Assembly: GCA_964016885.1 (NCBI GenBank)
Contig: OZ024740.1
Coordinates: 210,614,001-210,678,000 of the forward strand
DNA: 64,000 nt
DNA from: Eledone cirrhosa
Lineage: Eukaryota
Direction of reading: 5' to 3'
Shown: positions 50,319 to 62,188 of the stretch, in pieces
Layout: each line of letters opens with the position of its first letter
Position numbering within the stretch: position 1 is the first letter of the stretch
Position numbers and translations under genes: made by a program
The notes under the pieces: model-generated
Database searches by the model: none
What the model saw: the letters and a program-made list of their open reading frames with translations, nothing else
Told to the model about the DNA's origin: nothing

Positions 50319-53300
50319 TATATATATAGCAAGGTGCATTATTGGTTGTGTAAAATGGTCCAATAACTTTATGTTAGCAATATTAAGTTCTCCACACTTT
50401 TGTATATCTCCAATTCCATTCAAGGGAACAGCTAGATGATGTAAAACGGAGTATAAGTATCAAAATGAAAATCCGAAGGCAAGGTAAAATTCCAATCATT
50501 TAATCACGACACATGTTTCAATAAGAGATAGATCGATTGGGAAGCCATGATCGATTATCACTGATCTCATTAGGTGAAAATGAATTGTCTTCAAATTCTT
50601 GATATGAGGGAGAAAAAAACGATGTTCTCTCACAGAATTCATTCCCTCATATGGAGACACACCAGTCAGAAACACGGCGACTGCTATTAGCTTCAGTTGA
50701 GGTCATAAAAGTTTTCAGATTTCTATCGCTGCAAAAGACGCTGGACATCAATCAAATCTGTAGGGATACAGTCAGTCACAGTTAAAGTGAGTGGGTACAC
50801 ACACATTCCACACCCACATACACCGGCTCGAGGTCAAAGAAAAATATAAACATATATATATATACACATCAACACAGTATTAAACCTGTAGAGTTAGTGT
50901 GGATGGGTACACACACACTTTCACACACACCGAAGCGATGTCCGAGAAAAAATAAATATAAGAAAACAAATATAGGAATGTACCAACACAGCACTCACCG
51001 AAAGTTAGTTCACAAAGCAACAGAAGCTATATTGATCAAATCTCAGCAACTGTCAACATAAAACCTGCGCGGGATTTTTGGAAGGTAACCTACCAATAAC
51101 TCCTCCCTCTCTACTTTAGCCATAGAGTTCTCTCAATAAACGGACAGTCACACACTTAGGTAGTTAGACGGCTAAGATTGTTTGCGCACTTGCAAACGAT
51201 GCTCGGCCTGTTTCCACAGAGTTCTCACAGCTGAGTGCTCTCTTTTAGAATACCGAGCTAGTAAATAGTCAGACTGATTACACACTTACTTAGGACCGTT
51301 TACGCTCTCTATACATAGCTCTACACACAGTACCCGTTTCCTTTAGACATTGAGCTCCCACAATTACGACTGTCACGTTCCTACCGACTGAACACTACAC
51401 CAGGTTTTGATCCGTGATCATCTAACCATGGAGGACTCGCTGTTACGGATTGAACAATAATACTGACACACCATTAATGGGCCTACACACATCCTTTGGA
51501 TTTTACTATCCTGTGTTTTCTTACTTCACCTTGTGTTGGATAACACACCTCCACCACTCAAACAACTATCTTAAAAGCTCATTGGCCCATAAGATGGGAA
51601 ATCGCACTTGCGGACGCATTTACCGAATACCCAACCCTACACGGAGCCCTTTGCTGGCCTACATTGCGGTTGCTTGCACGCACGGATTTGGTGACACGGA
51701 TTCTCAATGGGACAGCCGTACACAAGGAGTTCGACATGAGCTGATTGCTTGCTCTTCACATGGATGTGTGTATACCCGGACATACCCTTTTTTGGACGAT
51801 TCGGATGTGTATATACCATAACATACACTTGAAGATATGGATGTTACAATTCAATCTATACACGTATAGCAGAACGCTGAACTGAATTTACTTGCGCGCA
51901 TGTGTGTGTGTGTATGTGTGGGGCGTTGGTTAACCCAATATTTCCAATTTACATCGTCAAATTGAGATTTGACCAATATAGCTTCTGTTGCTTTGTGAAC
52001 TAACTTTCGGTGAGTGCTGTGTTGGTACACTTTTTCAAATGTCTATGTTTTATTTTTTGTTTATTTGATATAATAAATTCTTTTATAGTTTATTTTTTAT
52101 ATCCGACCTTCATTCGAATATATAAAATTTAATTAGCGTAAAATTTTACTTATGTGATAGGGTCAGAGAAAGGCACTAACATGTTCCTTTAAGAATCAAC
52201 AAATGTTGGTTTGTCCCCCTCACATTTTTAAGGCAAACGAGGCCCCTGCATGTATACCTTATCAAAAGCAGTCGTCAACAGAACACAACATCAGCAACAG
52301 CTAACCATAATTAACCATTAAGGATTTATTAGAACGACTCATCAACCCGCTCAACAATGAATCTGCAAGTCACAGAACAAACGTCCGATGATTAATCTAT
52401 TATAGAAAATCATATGTAAAGATGAACCTCGTGAACTTCATGACTCTCACTGCTCTACTGGACATACAACTACCACAGTTCTTTGTTAATTGTTCATACA
52501 TCTACAATAAGAAACCTTTGCGAATTTGTCATAGTTGGTACGAAGATCGGCTTAAAAGTTGAGAGGCAGACTATGAAGGATGGTGCTAGAGCTGTGAAAT
52601 CTTGCATGCATTAATTCCTCTCAGAAATAAGTGGACGAAGAAGAAGAAGAAGAAGAAGAAGAAGAAGAAGAAGAAGAAGAAGAAGAAGACAACACTTCAC
52701 CTTAAAAACTCCAGCACGTTTCTGTATCAATCTTTCAAGACAATGTAGAAAGTAGCTACTTAATTTATTTTTTATTATATCAACTATACTTTACAGAAGT
52801 TATACAATAATGGAAATATTGGGTTATGATTTAGGCACAAGGTCAACAATTTTAGGGGGAGGGGAAAGTCGATTATATCGACCCCAGTGTGTTACTGGTG
52901 CTTTATTTTATCGACCCCGTAAGGATGAAAGTCAACAGGATTTGAACTCAGATCGTAAATATTAAGAAAAGATATAAACAAAATTAGTTATGAAAATAAA
53001 AGGAGGGGGATGGGTAAAAAGGAGCACATCTGGCTGTATAGGAAAGTAGAGGAAAGGACTATAAATGCCATAAATGTGAAGAAAAGGAGGAAAAGAGCAA
53101 GGACTATTAGGCAACGGGCGAAGGGGAGGGATGACAGACTTTGTGCGTTGGTCGGGGTGGTGTTTCAACTGCGCCCCGCTGACAAAACTGCAAAAGCATT
53201 TACGCAGACAATGGCCAGCGACACCCGCTGCAACAGCTACCCTACCCCGCGGGGTTGCTGACGTTCCGATTTTACGGAGGTCGGCTGTTCGGAGTCGGAG

Positions 53301-54007
53301 GACGCATAGGTCGGCTAACGGTGATATTTCATATACACGATATAGAAAGAGAGATAACCAAGTTGGGATGTCGTATTTTAATTTTGAATAACTCGAGTTT
53401 TCCAATGAAAGCAAGTAATAGCTTTTTTTCTGCAAAAATATAAGATTACAGTTTTCCCTTTGAAACAATTTGTTAAACAAATTAAGCTTTTCAAATACAT
53501 CTAAGGGATAAAAAAATCTCACACCTGGCAGAAACTACACTATTCACTAAGCTATTTACTATTCAGAAATGACACAATGTTCTTCCAAAATGCAACAAAG
53601 CACCAAAGACAATTAACTTTTGATAGCCACTGCACCAGTAAGTGTTCAAAACCTTCGTCATTTTTGTTGTAAAGTTACCGAAAAAAGCGATCACGAAGCA
53701 CATTTATTTCATAAAGTTGACAGTTTTTATTACAATGGCAAGGACATCTTACATATGTCATCTCATGATTTTTTAAAATTTATTGTTCGTTTGTTTATTT
53801 GCTTTTGCAACTAAATATTGACGATGGACCATACTGTGTATTAAAAAACATTGCACACATCACTTTCTAAATATACCGCTGAGGACGCAGGAGTTCAGTA
53901 GTTAACTCTCATAAAGGCAGCCTCGTCAGTTACACACACCATTATATTTACTTTGAAACAAGTCTCATATAGGAATTTAAATGGTTACATCTATTTTATT
54001 TCTATTA

Positions 54008-54097
<90 letters not shown>

Positions 54098-54124
54098 TTA
54101 TATATATATATATAATATATTTAT

Positions 54125-54222
<98 letters not shown>

Positions 54223-54372
54223 GATTAATCCAGTATTAAACTAGTTAGACCATTATTCAACAGAGTACTCGATACTTGGGATAGTAGAGAGTGACTATAT
54301 TAGAAAGAGTCGGGACCCGACGGCTGAACTAACAATTGAAATGGCAAGAGCTCAGCCATCGAACCCCCATTC

Positions 54373-54427
<55 letters not shown>

Positions 54428-54453
54428 CGCGTGTGTGTATGTGTGTGTATATA

Positions 54454-54489
<36 letters not shown>

Positions 54490-55678
54490 TATGTATGTAA
54501 AATGTAAAAAGAATTAAGAACACAATCGGTACAGTATATAGAAGGAATATATTAGTTTAACACTTGAAATAGCAGGAAGAGGGTCTTAATGTTTCGGACG
54601 CTAGTCCTTCATCAGAAGAAAGAATGAGAAATGAGAAAGATTGAAGGGACGGGCAGGGCAGAATTAAAAAAATGTCTTTAGATAAAAATAACAGGTCCAT
54701 TCATGTTGCCATCTCTTGGAACTATGTTGATGCTGGCGTTTTGTGTATAATATATTTCTTTAGAAATATATTATACAGAAGGAACTGCGTACTTTAGAAA
54801 CAGAAGGAACTGCGTACCAGGATGTCGCGGAGACTACGGAAGCGCTTAAAGCGGTGATAGGTGGATTAGGAAAAAAGCGAGAAGTGACAGGGTCAGAAGA
54901 GAGGGTGGGGAAGGAACGGAGAATATGTCACCGGAGGTAGGGGGATGGGGTGGTAGGTGAGAGGGAAAGGAAGGCGGGTGTTGGGAGAGCGTTGGTGAGG
55001 TAAGAGGGCTGTGATATGGTCGGTTTTACGGTCGCGGGTGAGAGCAGCTTGGATGGGGGGGGGGGGGGTCCGCGCTGGATTAAGCGGGAGGCCATCTAAA
55101 AGGAATGGGTTTCGAAACCGTGGTCATGCCTACAGAGCCGACGAAGACGGAGGGATTGGGAGTAGGGTATGGAGAGTTTGGTGTGGGTTGGATGGGAGGA
55201 GCTGAAGTCGAGGTAAGAATGGGAGTCAGTAGGTTTATAGAAGATGGGAGTAGAGAGGGTGTGGTGAGTTTGATCGATAGATAGAGAGATATCTAGAAAA
55301 GGGACAGAAGAATCTGTATGGGAGGTGGTGAAGGTGAGAGCAGGATAAAAAGATTGGACGAAAGAGAGAACGCAGTCGAGCTGTTAACGTGATAGAGAGG
55401 TGGCGCCGATACAGTAGTCGGTAATATACGTATAGCTCAGGGGTAGGTCCAGCATACTGGGAGAAGATCTGGGCTTCGACGTAGCCAACAAAAAAGTTGG
55501 CATAGTTTGGCCCATTCTCGTTCCCATAGCTACCACAGAGACCTGCTGATAGAACTCACCGGAAAAGGAAAATCCATTGAGGGTCATAACAAGCTCAGCT
55601 AGACGGAGAAGAGTAGTAGTGTTGGGGTAAGGGGTAGGGCGTTTGCCTAAAACGTGTTGGAGAGCGCGGAGGCCGTCA
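54490..55678 (-). mobile_element. Penelope-like element fragment (Neptune-like RT/thumb; endonuclease not visible) with a 3' hammerhead
   Basis: LLRLAELVMTLNGFSFSGEFYQQ...AMGTRMG, downstream FFPNPPITA..R..SLRDILVRS, and a hammerhead core near the 3' end. The clade assignment is from memory of PLE motifs. Confidence 0.82.
54583..54620 (-). ncRNA. Minimal type I hammerhead ribozyme motif (PLE-associated)
   Basis: UCUU-CUGAUGA-AGGAC-UAGC-GUCC-GAAAC-AUUA-AGA. The core and stem II are canonical; stem III appears mutated. Confidence 0.7.
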
Positions 55679-55689
55679 TATATATACAT

Positions 55690-57270
55690 CTGGAACTCCC
55701 TGACCTCAAAGGAGGATTATATAGAGATGATGCTCTCCTACTCATTAAGAACTTCAATGGTCAACAGTTGGAAAATCCTTCTTTTAAAATATCTTTTTAG
55801 ATGTGACTCTCGACCTTAACTCTGGCATATACGAACCCTTCCATAAATCTAATCATAAATTAAACTATGTTAATTGTTGGTCTAACTATCCTAGGACTAT
55901 CACTAGCTCCATTGTTAAAAATGTATCCCTTAGGATCTCCAGATTGTCAGCCTCAGAATCCTCTTTTAACAAACACATGGACTACTGCAATGCTGGTCTA
56001 CTTAAGGCCGGTTATGGTGAACCACTAAAATTTCTTCCAGATACAACATGCGGGGGAAAATCCAACCACCCCAATGGAAAAACATCACAAGCATACCACA
56101 CAAAATTTGCAAACTTAAATACCAACGGCTGAAAGCCCCACAGTGGCGAGACAAATGATAATACTGCAAATAAGAAAACACAAAGGAGGCCCCGCACGAA
56201 ATCATACCTATGGTATAATCCCCCGCCCAAAGATCTGGTAACTACTAAGCTATCCTATCTCTTCTTTAATCTTATAGACGAACACTTGCCTCCTACACAC
56301 AAATTCCATAGAATACTAAATAGAGACACGATCCGACTATCCTATTCCATCACAGCTAACCCGGGCAACGTCGTCATGAAATTGAATAACAAACGCCTCC
56401 GCAGGTATGGCAATACCAACAGCCAACGGAAACCCGGACTTAATCTGAACCCTCAACAACACCCGCAGCCTCCAACACTGAGCAGACCGGCACCCGCAAA
56501 TACCAACGTCTCTTCCACTTTACCCGCATATCCAGAGCAACAACAAAATACCCGGAATAACATCCCCAGCACTGGAACCAGGGAAGAAACCACACACTAT
56601 ATACGGACAAACTGCAACTGTAGAAATCCCAGCATTTCTCCTTTATCGAGTAAATACTTATACAAAAATATCATTTACCAATGTGTGGTAAAATCTAAAC
56701 TGGGGATATTTAATTGTGTGGGTTCCACTTCGAATACTTTCAAGAAAAGATGGTATGTGCACACTCACACGTTTAAAAACCCGAGGTTAGCTAGATCTAC
56801 GGCCATGGCGAATGAGACATGAAACGCGCTAATATTGAATACACACTACAATGCACCGTTCTAAAATGTTCCCGTCCATACTGGAATGAAAGTCGCCCCT
56901 GTAAACTTATGTTTGGCGGAGGAAATTGAAATAGCGACCGGAAAGTACCTTCTAAATTCCCGGCACGATAGGATATTTAATTGCAAACACAAGGTTCTAA
57001 AAACCTTCGCTAAATACAAACTGGACTAGAACTAAATTCGATCCCTAATACCTAGGTTTTACTATATCCTATTTGGTACAATTCCTGTGGCATTTGAACT
57101 TTTCACACCCAATGGATTCAGTAATAATCAAAACAATCTCATTTTATTAATTCCTTTCCTTCTTACACACTCTAACCTACTCTTAATCTCTACCCTCTCT
57201 TTTTCTGTCTCTCTCTTTATACCTTCTCTATCCCCATAAATGGTAAACGTCAAAACCTTCATATATACAT
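55690..57270 (+). mobile_element. Penelope-like element fragment (RT C-half plus C-terminal GIY-YIG endonuclease; resembles the Hydra-type group), degenerate
   Basis: GLYRDDAL, WYNPP, HLPPTHKFHRILNRDTIRLSYS, CNCRNPSI(S/C)PL, IIYQC...VGST..FKKRW..H, and CKL/CLAEE..I....LLNSR....CKHK. Ends at (TA)n. Confidence 0.82.
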
Positions 57271-57271
57271 T

Positions 57272-57334
<63 letters not shown>

Positions 57335-57337
<3 letters not shown>

Positions 57338-60300
57338 TATAGACATAGAATATTCGAAAATATTCTGTATGTTTATAATAAACATTTTGAAGACCTAATC
57401 GCTATAGAATAGAATACGTCACGTATTACAATTAGATTCTCGATAAAAGCAAGGGAAGTAATCTACGCGTTTCATTCTTGTTAGAAATCTTCAGGACTAC
57501 ATATCCAGTGCTTTTATCGAGAATGACACAGCTAGAGACTTATAGAATACTTAGCTGTGTACAGGAACTGGTTTGAAAGAGCGGTTGCCGGTCCGGCAGA
57601 AATTAGAAATTGGAATAAATGCTCTGAAATAGCGATATATATGTGAATATAGACATAGAATATTCGAAAATATTCTGTATGTTTATAATAAACATTTTGA
57701 AGACCTAATCGCTATAGAATAGAATACGTCACGTATTACAATTAGATTCTCGATAAAAGCAAGGGAAGTAATCTACGCGTTTCATTCTTGTTAGAAATCT
57801 TCAGGACTACATATCCAGTGCTTTTATCGAGAATGACACAGCTAGAGACTTATAGAATACTTAGCTGTGTACAGGAACTGGTTTGAAAGAGCGGTTGCCG
57901 GTCCGGCAGAAATTAGAAATTGGAATAAATGCTCTGAAATAGCGATATATATGTGAATATAGACATAGAATATTCGAAAATATTCTGTATGTTTATAATA
58001 AACATTTTGAAGACCTAATCGCTATAGAATAGAATACGTCACGTATTACAATTAGATTCTCGATAAAAGCAAGGGAAGTAATCTACGCGTTTCATTCTTG
58101 TTAGAAATCTTCAGGACTACATATCCAGTGCTTTTATCGAGAATGACACAGCTAGAGACTTATAGAATACTTAGCTGTGTACAGGAACTGGTTTGAAAGA
58201 GCGGTTGCCGGTCCGGCAGAAATTAGAAATTGGAATAAATGCTCTGAAATAGCGAAACATACAGAATATTTTCGAATATTCTATGTCTATATTCACATAT
58301 ATATCGCTATTTCAGAGCATTTATTCCAATTTCTAATTTCTGCCGGACCGGCAACCGCTCTTTCAAACCAGTTCCTGTACACAGCTAAGTATTCTATAAG
58401 TCTCTAGCTGTGTCATTCTCGATAAAAGCACTGGATATGTAGTCCTGAAGATTTCTAACAAGAATGAAACGCGTAGATTACTTCCCTTGCTTTTATCGAG
58501 AATCTAATTGTAATACGTGACGTATTCTATTCTATAGCGATTAGGTCTTCAAAATGTTTATTATAAACATACAGAATATTTTCGAATATTCTATGTCTAT
58601 ATTCACATATATATCGCTATTTCAGAGCATTTATTCCAATTTCTAATTTCTGCCGGACCGGCAACCGCTCTTTCAAACCAGTTCCTGTACACAGCTAAGT
58701 ATTCTATAAGTCTCTAGCTGTGTCATTCTCGATAAAAGCACTGGATATGTAGTCCTGAAGATTTCTAACAAGAATGAAACGCGTAGATTACTTCCCTTGC
58801 TTTTATCGAGAATCTATTTGTAATACGTGACGTATTCTATTCTATAGCGATTAGGTCTTCAAAATGTTTATTATAAACATACAGAATATTTTCGAATATT
58901 CTATGTCTATATTCACATATATATCGCTATTTCAGAGCATTTATTCCAATTTCTAATTTCTGCCGGACCGGCAACCGCTCTTTCAAACCAGTTCCTGTAC
59001 ACAGCTAAGTATTCTATAAGTCTCTAGCTGTGTCATTCTCGATAAAAGCACTGGATATGTAGTCCTGAAGATTTCTAACAAGAATGAAACGCGTAGATTA
59101 CTTCCCTTGCTTTTATCGAGAATCTAATTGTAATACGTGACGTATTCTATTCTATAGCGATTAGGTCTTCAAAATGTTTATTATAAACATACAGAATATT
59201 TTCGAATATTCTATGTCTATATTCACATATATATCGCTATTTCAGAGCATTTATTCCAATTTCTAATTTCTGCCGGACCGGCAACCGCTCTTTCAAACCA
59301 GTTCCTGTACACAGCTAAGTATTCTATAAGTCTCTAGCTGTGTCATTCTCGATAAAAGCACTGGATATGTAGTCCTGAAGATTTCTAACAAGAATGAAAC
59401 GCGTAGATTACTTCCCTTGCTTTTATCGAGAATCTAATTGTAATACGTGACGTATTCTATTCTATAGCGATTAGGTCTTCAAAATGTTTATTATAAACAT
59501 ACAGAATATTTTCGAATATTCTATGTCTATATTCACATATATATCGCTATTTCAGAGCATTTATTCCAATTTCTAATTTCTGCCGGACCGGCAACCGCTC
59601 TTTCAAACCAGTTCCTGTACACAGCTAAGTATTCTATAAGTCTCTAGCTGTGTCATTCTCGATAAAAGCACTGGATATGTAGTCCTGAAGATTTCTAACA
59701 AGAATGAAACGCGTAGATTACTTCCCTTGCTTTTATCGAGAATCTAATTGTAATACGTGACGTATTCTATTCTATAGCGATTAGGTCTTCAAAATGTTTA
59801 TTATAAACATACAGAATATTTTCGAATATTCTATGTCTATATTCACATATATATCGCTATTTCAGAGCATTTATTCCAATTTCTAATTTCTGCCGGACCG
59901 GCAACCGCTCTTTCAAACCAGTTCCTGTACACAGCTAAGTATTCTATAAGTCTCTAGCTGTGTCATTCTCGATAAAAGCACTGGATATGTAGTCCTGAAG
60001 ATTTCTAACAAGAATGAAACGCGTAGATTACTTCCCTTGCTTTTATCGAGAATCTAATTGTAATACGTGACGTATTCTATTCTATAGCGATTAGGTCTTC
60101 AAAATGTTTATTATAAACATACAGAATATTTTCGAATATTCTATGTCTATATTCACATATATATCGCTATTTCAGAGCATTTATTCCAATTTCTAATTTC
60201 TGCCGGACCGGCAACCGCTCTTTCAAACCAGTTCCTGTACACAGCTAAGTATTCTATAAGTCTCTAGCTGTGTCATTCTCGATAAAAGCACTGGATATGT

Positions 60301-60494
60301 AGTCCTGAAGATTTCTAACAAGAATGAAACGCGTAGATTACTTCCCTTGCTTTTATCGAGAATCTAATTGTAATACGTGACGTATTCTATTCTATAGCGA
60401 TTAGGTCTTCAAAATGTTTATTATAAACATACAGAATATTTTCGAATATTCTATGTCTATATTCACATATATATCGCTATTTCAGAGCATTTAT

Positions 60495-60500
<6 letters not shown>
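57335..60500. repeat. Retrozyme-like array A: near-identical 310-bp units, ~3 in one orientation (57335-58255) and ~7.2 inverted (58255-60500)
   Basis: Exact 310-bp period, inversion junction at 58255, (TA)n on both flanks, one hammerhead per unit. Confidence 0.95.
58415..58503 (+). ncRNA. Type I hammerhead ribozyme of array A (7 copies on +, predicted cleavage after 58475+310n; 3 copies on -, first at 57458-57500)
   Basis: GUAGUC-CUGAAGA-UUUC[UAACAA]GAAU-GAAAC-GC-GUA^GAUUAC. Stem I is GUAGUC/GAUUAC, extended by a perfect 16-bp AUUCUCGAUAAAAGCA/UGCUUUUAUCGAGAAU helix. Stem III is the palindrome ACGCGU. Confidence 0.85.
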
Positions 60501-60532
<32 letters not shown>

Positions 60533-61177
60533 GTCAAAATCATAATTTCCACTGTGAAACCATAATATCTAGAATTAAGTTAGATTCTCTTAGAGGCTGA
60601 TGGCAAATTCTATTGTCCACGCGGAATGTAAGGGTAGTAGTAAAGCCCATTGAGAGACAAACTCTGCCACTACCACTAGGTTTCGGTCAACCGCCACTGG
60701 CAGGACGGCTAGCAGCAAACTATAGCCGTCTCATATTACAGACCTGGATGGGGTGATTGTTTCGTTGGGGTAAGGGGGGACCTGCCTAGGCGAATTTCGT
60801 ATAGTTTTGGGGTGGTGGATGGTCAACTTCCTCCGGACTTGCGCCTGCGCAAACCGGTGGGGGTGAATTGGGACTCACAAGGGAACGGACGAAGGACTCA
60901 AGAGCACCTGCTTTGTCTGTTTCCTTGTCGATTCAATTTGCATTACCTCAGGAACATAACCTTATTGTGTAAAAAGCTGTCTGATGATGTCACAGCACTG
61001 AGTACACCGAAGAGGGTCGCCACTGTCGCCATTGAAATATGTATCACAGCCTTATCATTAAAGCACTTTAACATCTGAAACTACTTTGCATTTTCTTATT
61101 CTAAATATACTCCGTCACTCCTACGTGAAAAAAGTACGTTGAGTGCTCGAATCGAATTGCAACAAAGTTAACCTTAA

Positions 61178-61250
<73 letters not shown>

Positions 61251-61256
<6 letters not shown>

Positions 61257-62145
61257 GCATTTTTAAGACCGTGAGCTATTGTTTTTTAGAGTAGTGACAA
61301 ATTCACTTACTTTGATCTCAGCAAACAGTGGAGATAAGCCGACAAGACCTTGTTTCGCTTTTGTTGAAGCTTATCAAGGCTAACTACTCCCACCTGTCTA
61401 CCGAGATCACTGATGTTATATTCTTATAGAATTCTAGTAAATAATCAGGAGCTGATTATACAGAGCGGTTGTTGGTCAGGCAGAAATTAAAAATTAGAAT
61501 TGGAGCTCTGAAATAGCAATATATATATGGATGTATATATAATGTATTTTGCAATACACTTTATGCTTAATTAAAAGCATTTTGAAGACCGTAAGCTATT
61601 GTTTTTTAGAGTAGTGACAAATTCACTCACTTTGATCTCAGCAAACAGGGGAGATAAGCCGACAAGGCCTTGTTTCGCTGAGATCAAAGTAAGTGAATTT
61701 GTCACTACTCTAAAAAACAATAGCTTACGGTCTTCAAAATGCTTTTAATTAAGCATAAAGTGTATTGCAAAATACATTATATATACATCCATATATATAT
61801 TGCTATTTCAGAGCTCCAATTCTAATTTTTAATTTCTGCCTGACCAACAACCGCTCTGTATAATCAGCTCCTGATTATTTACTAGAATTCTATAAGAATA
61901 TAACATCAGTGATCTCGGTAGACAGGTGGGAGTAGTTAGCCTTGATAAGCTTCAACAAAAGCGAAACAAAGCCTTGTCGGCTTATCTCCCCTGTTTGCTG
62001 AGATCAAAGTAAGTGAATTTGTCACTACTCTAAAAAACAATAGCTTACGGTCTTAAAAATGCTTTTAATTAAGCATAAAGTGTATTACAAAATACATTAT
62101 ATATACATCCATATATATATTGCTATTTCAGAGCTCCAATTCTAA

Positions 62146-62152
<7 letters not shown>
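61251..62152. repeat. Retrozyme-like array B: 320-bp units, ~1.3 units in one orientation and ~1.5 inverted
   Basis: TTAAAAGCAT recurs at 61251 and 61571. Inversion at GCT 61677-61679. (TA)n on both flanks. Confidence 0.92.
61911..62005 (+). ncRNA. Type I hammerhead ribozyme of array B, U3-A8 core variant (antisense copy at ~61314-61408)
   Basis: AGCC-UUGAUAA-GCUU[CAACAA]AAGC-GAAA-CAA(G/A)GCCUUG-UC^GGCU. Outer 16-bp helix GAUCUCGGUAGACAGG/CCUGUUUGCUGAGAUC contains three G-U pairs. Confidence 0.82.

Positions 62153-62182
<30 letters not shown>

Positions 62183-62188
<6 letters not shown>

Noticed and set aside
52990-53905. Possible second Helitron or other transposon (GC-rich patch at 53100-53330; hairpin-like end near 53875)
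   Set aside because: Termini are not canonical (no CTAG end, no TIRs found) and the ORFs are not recognisable.
57335-60500. CRISPR array or tandem snRNA/5S gene cluster
   Set aside because: Units are identical without spacers, and I recognise no snRNA, 5S or tRNA sequence. A hammerhead explains the structure.
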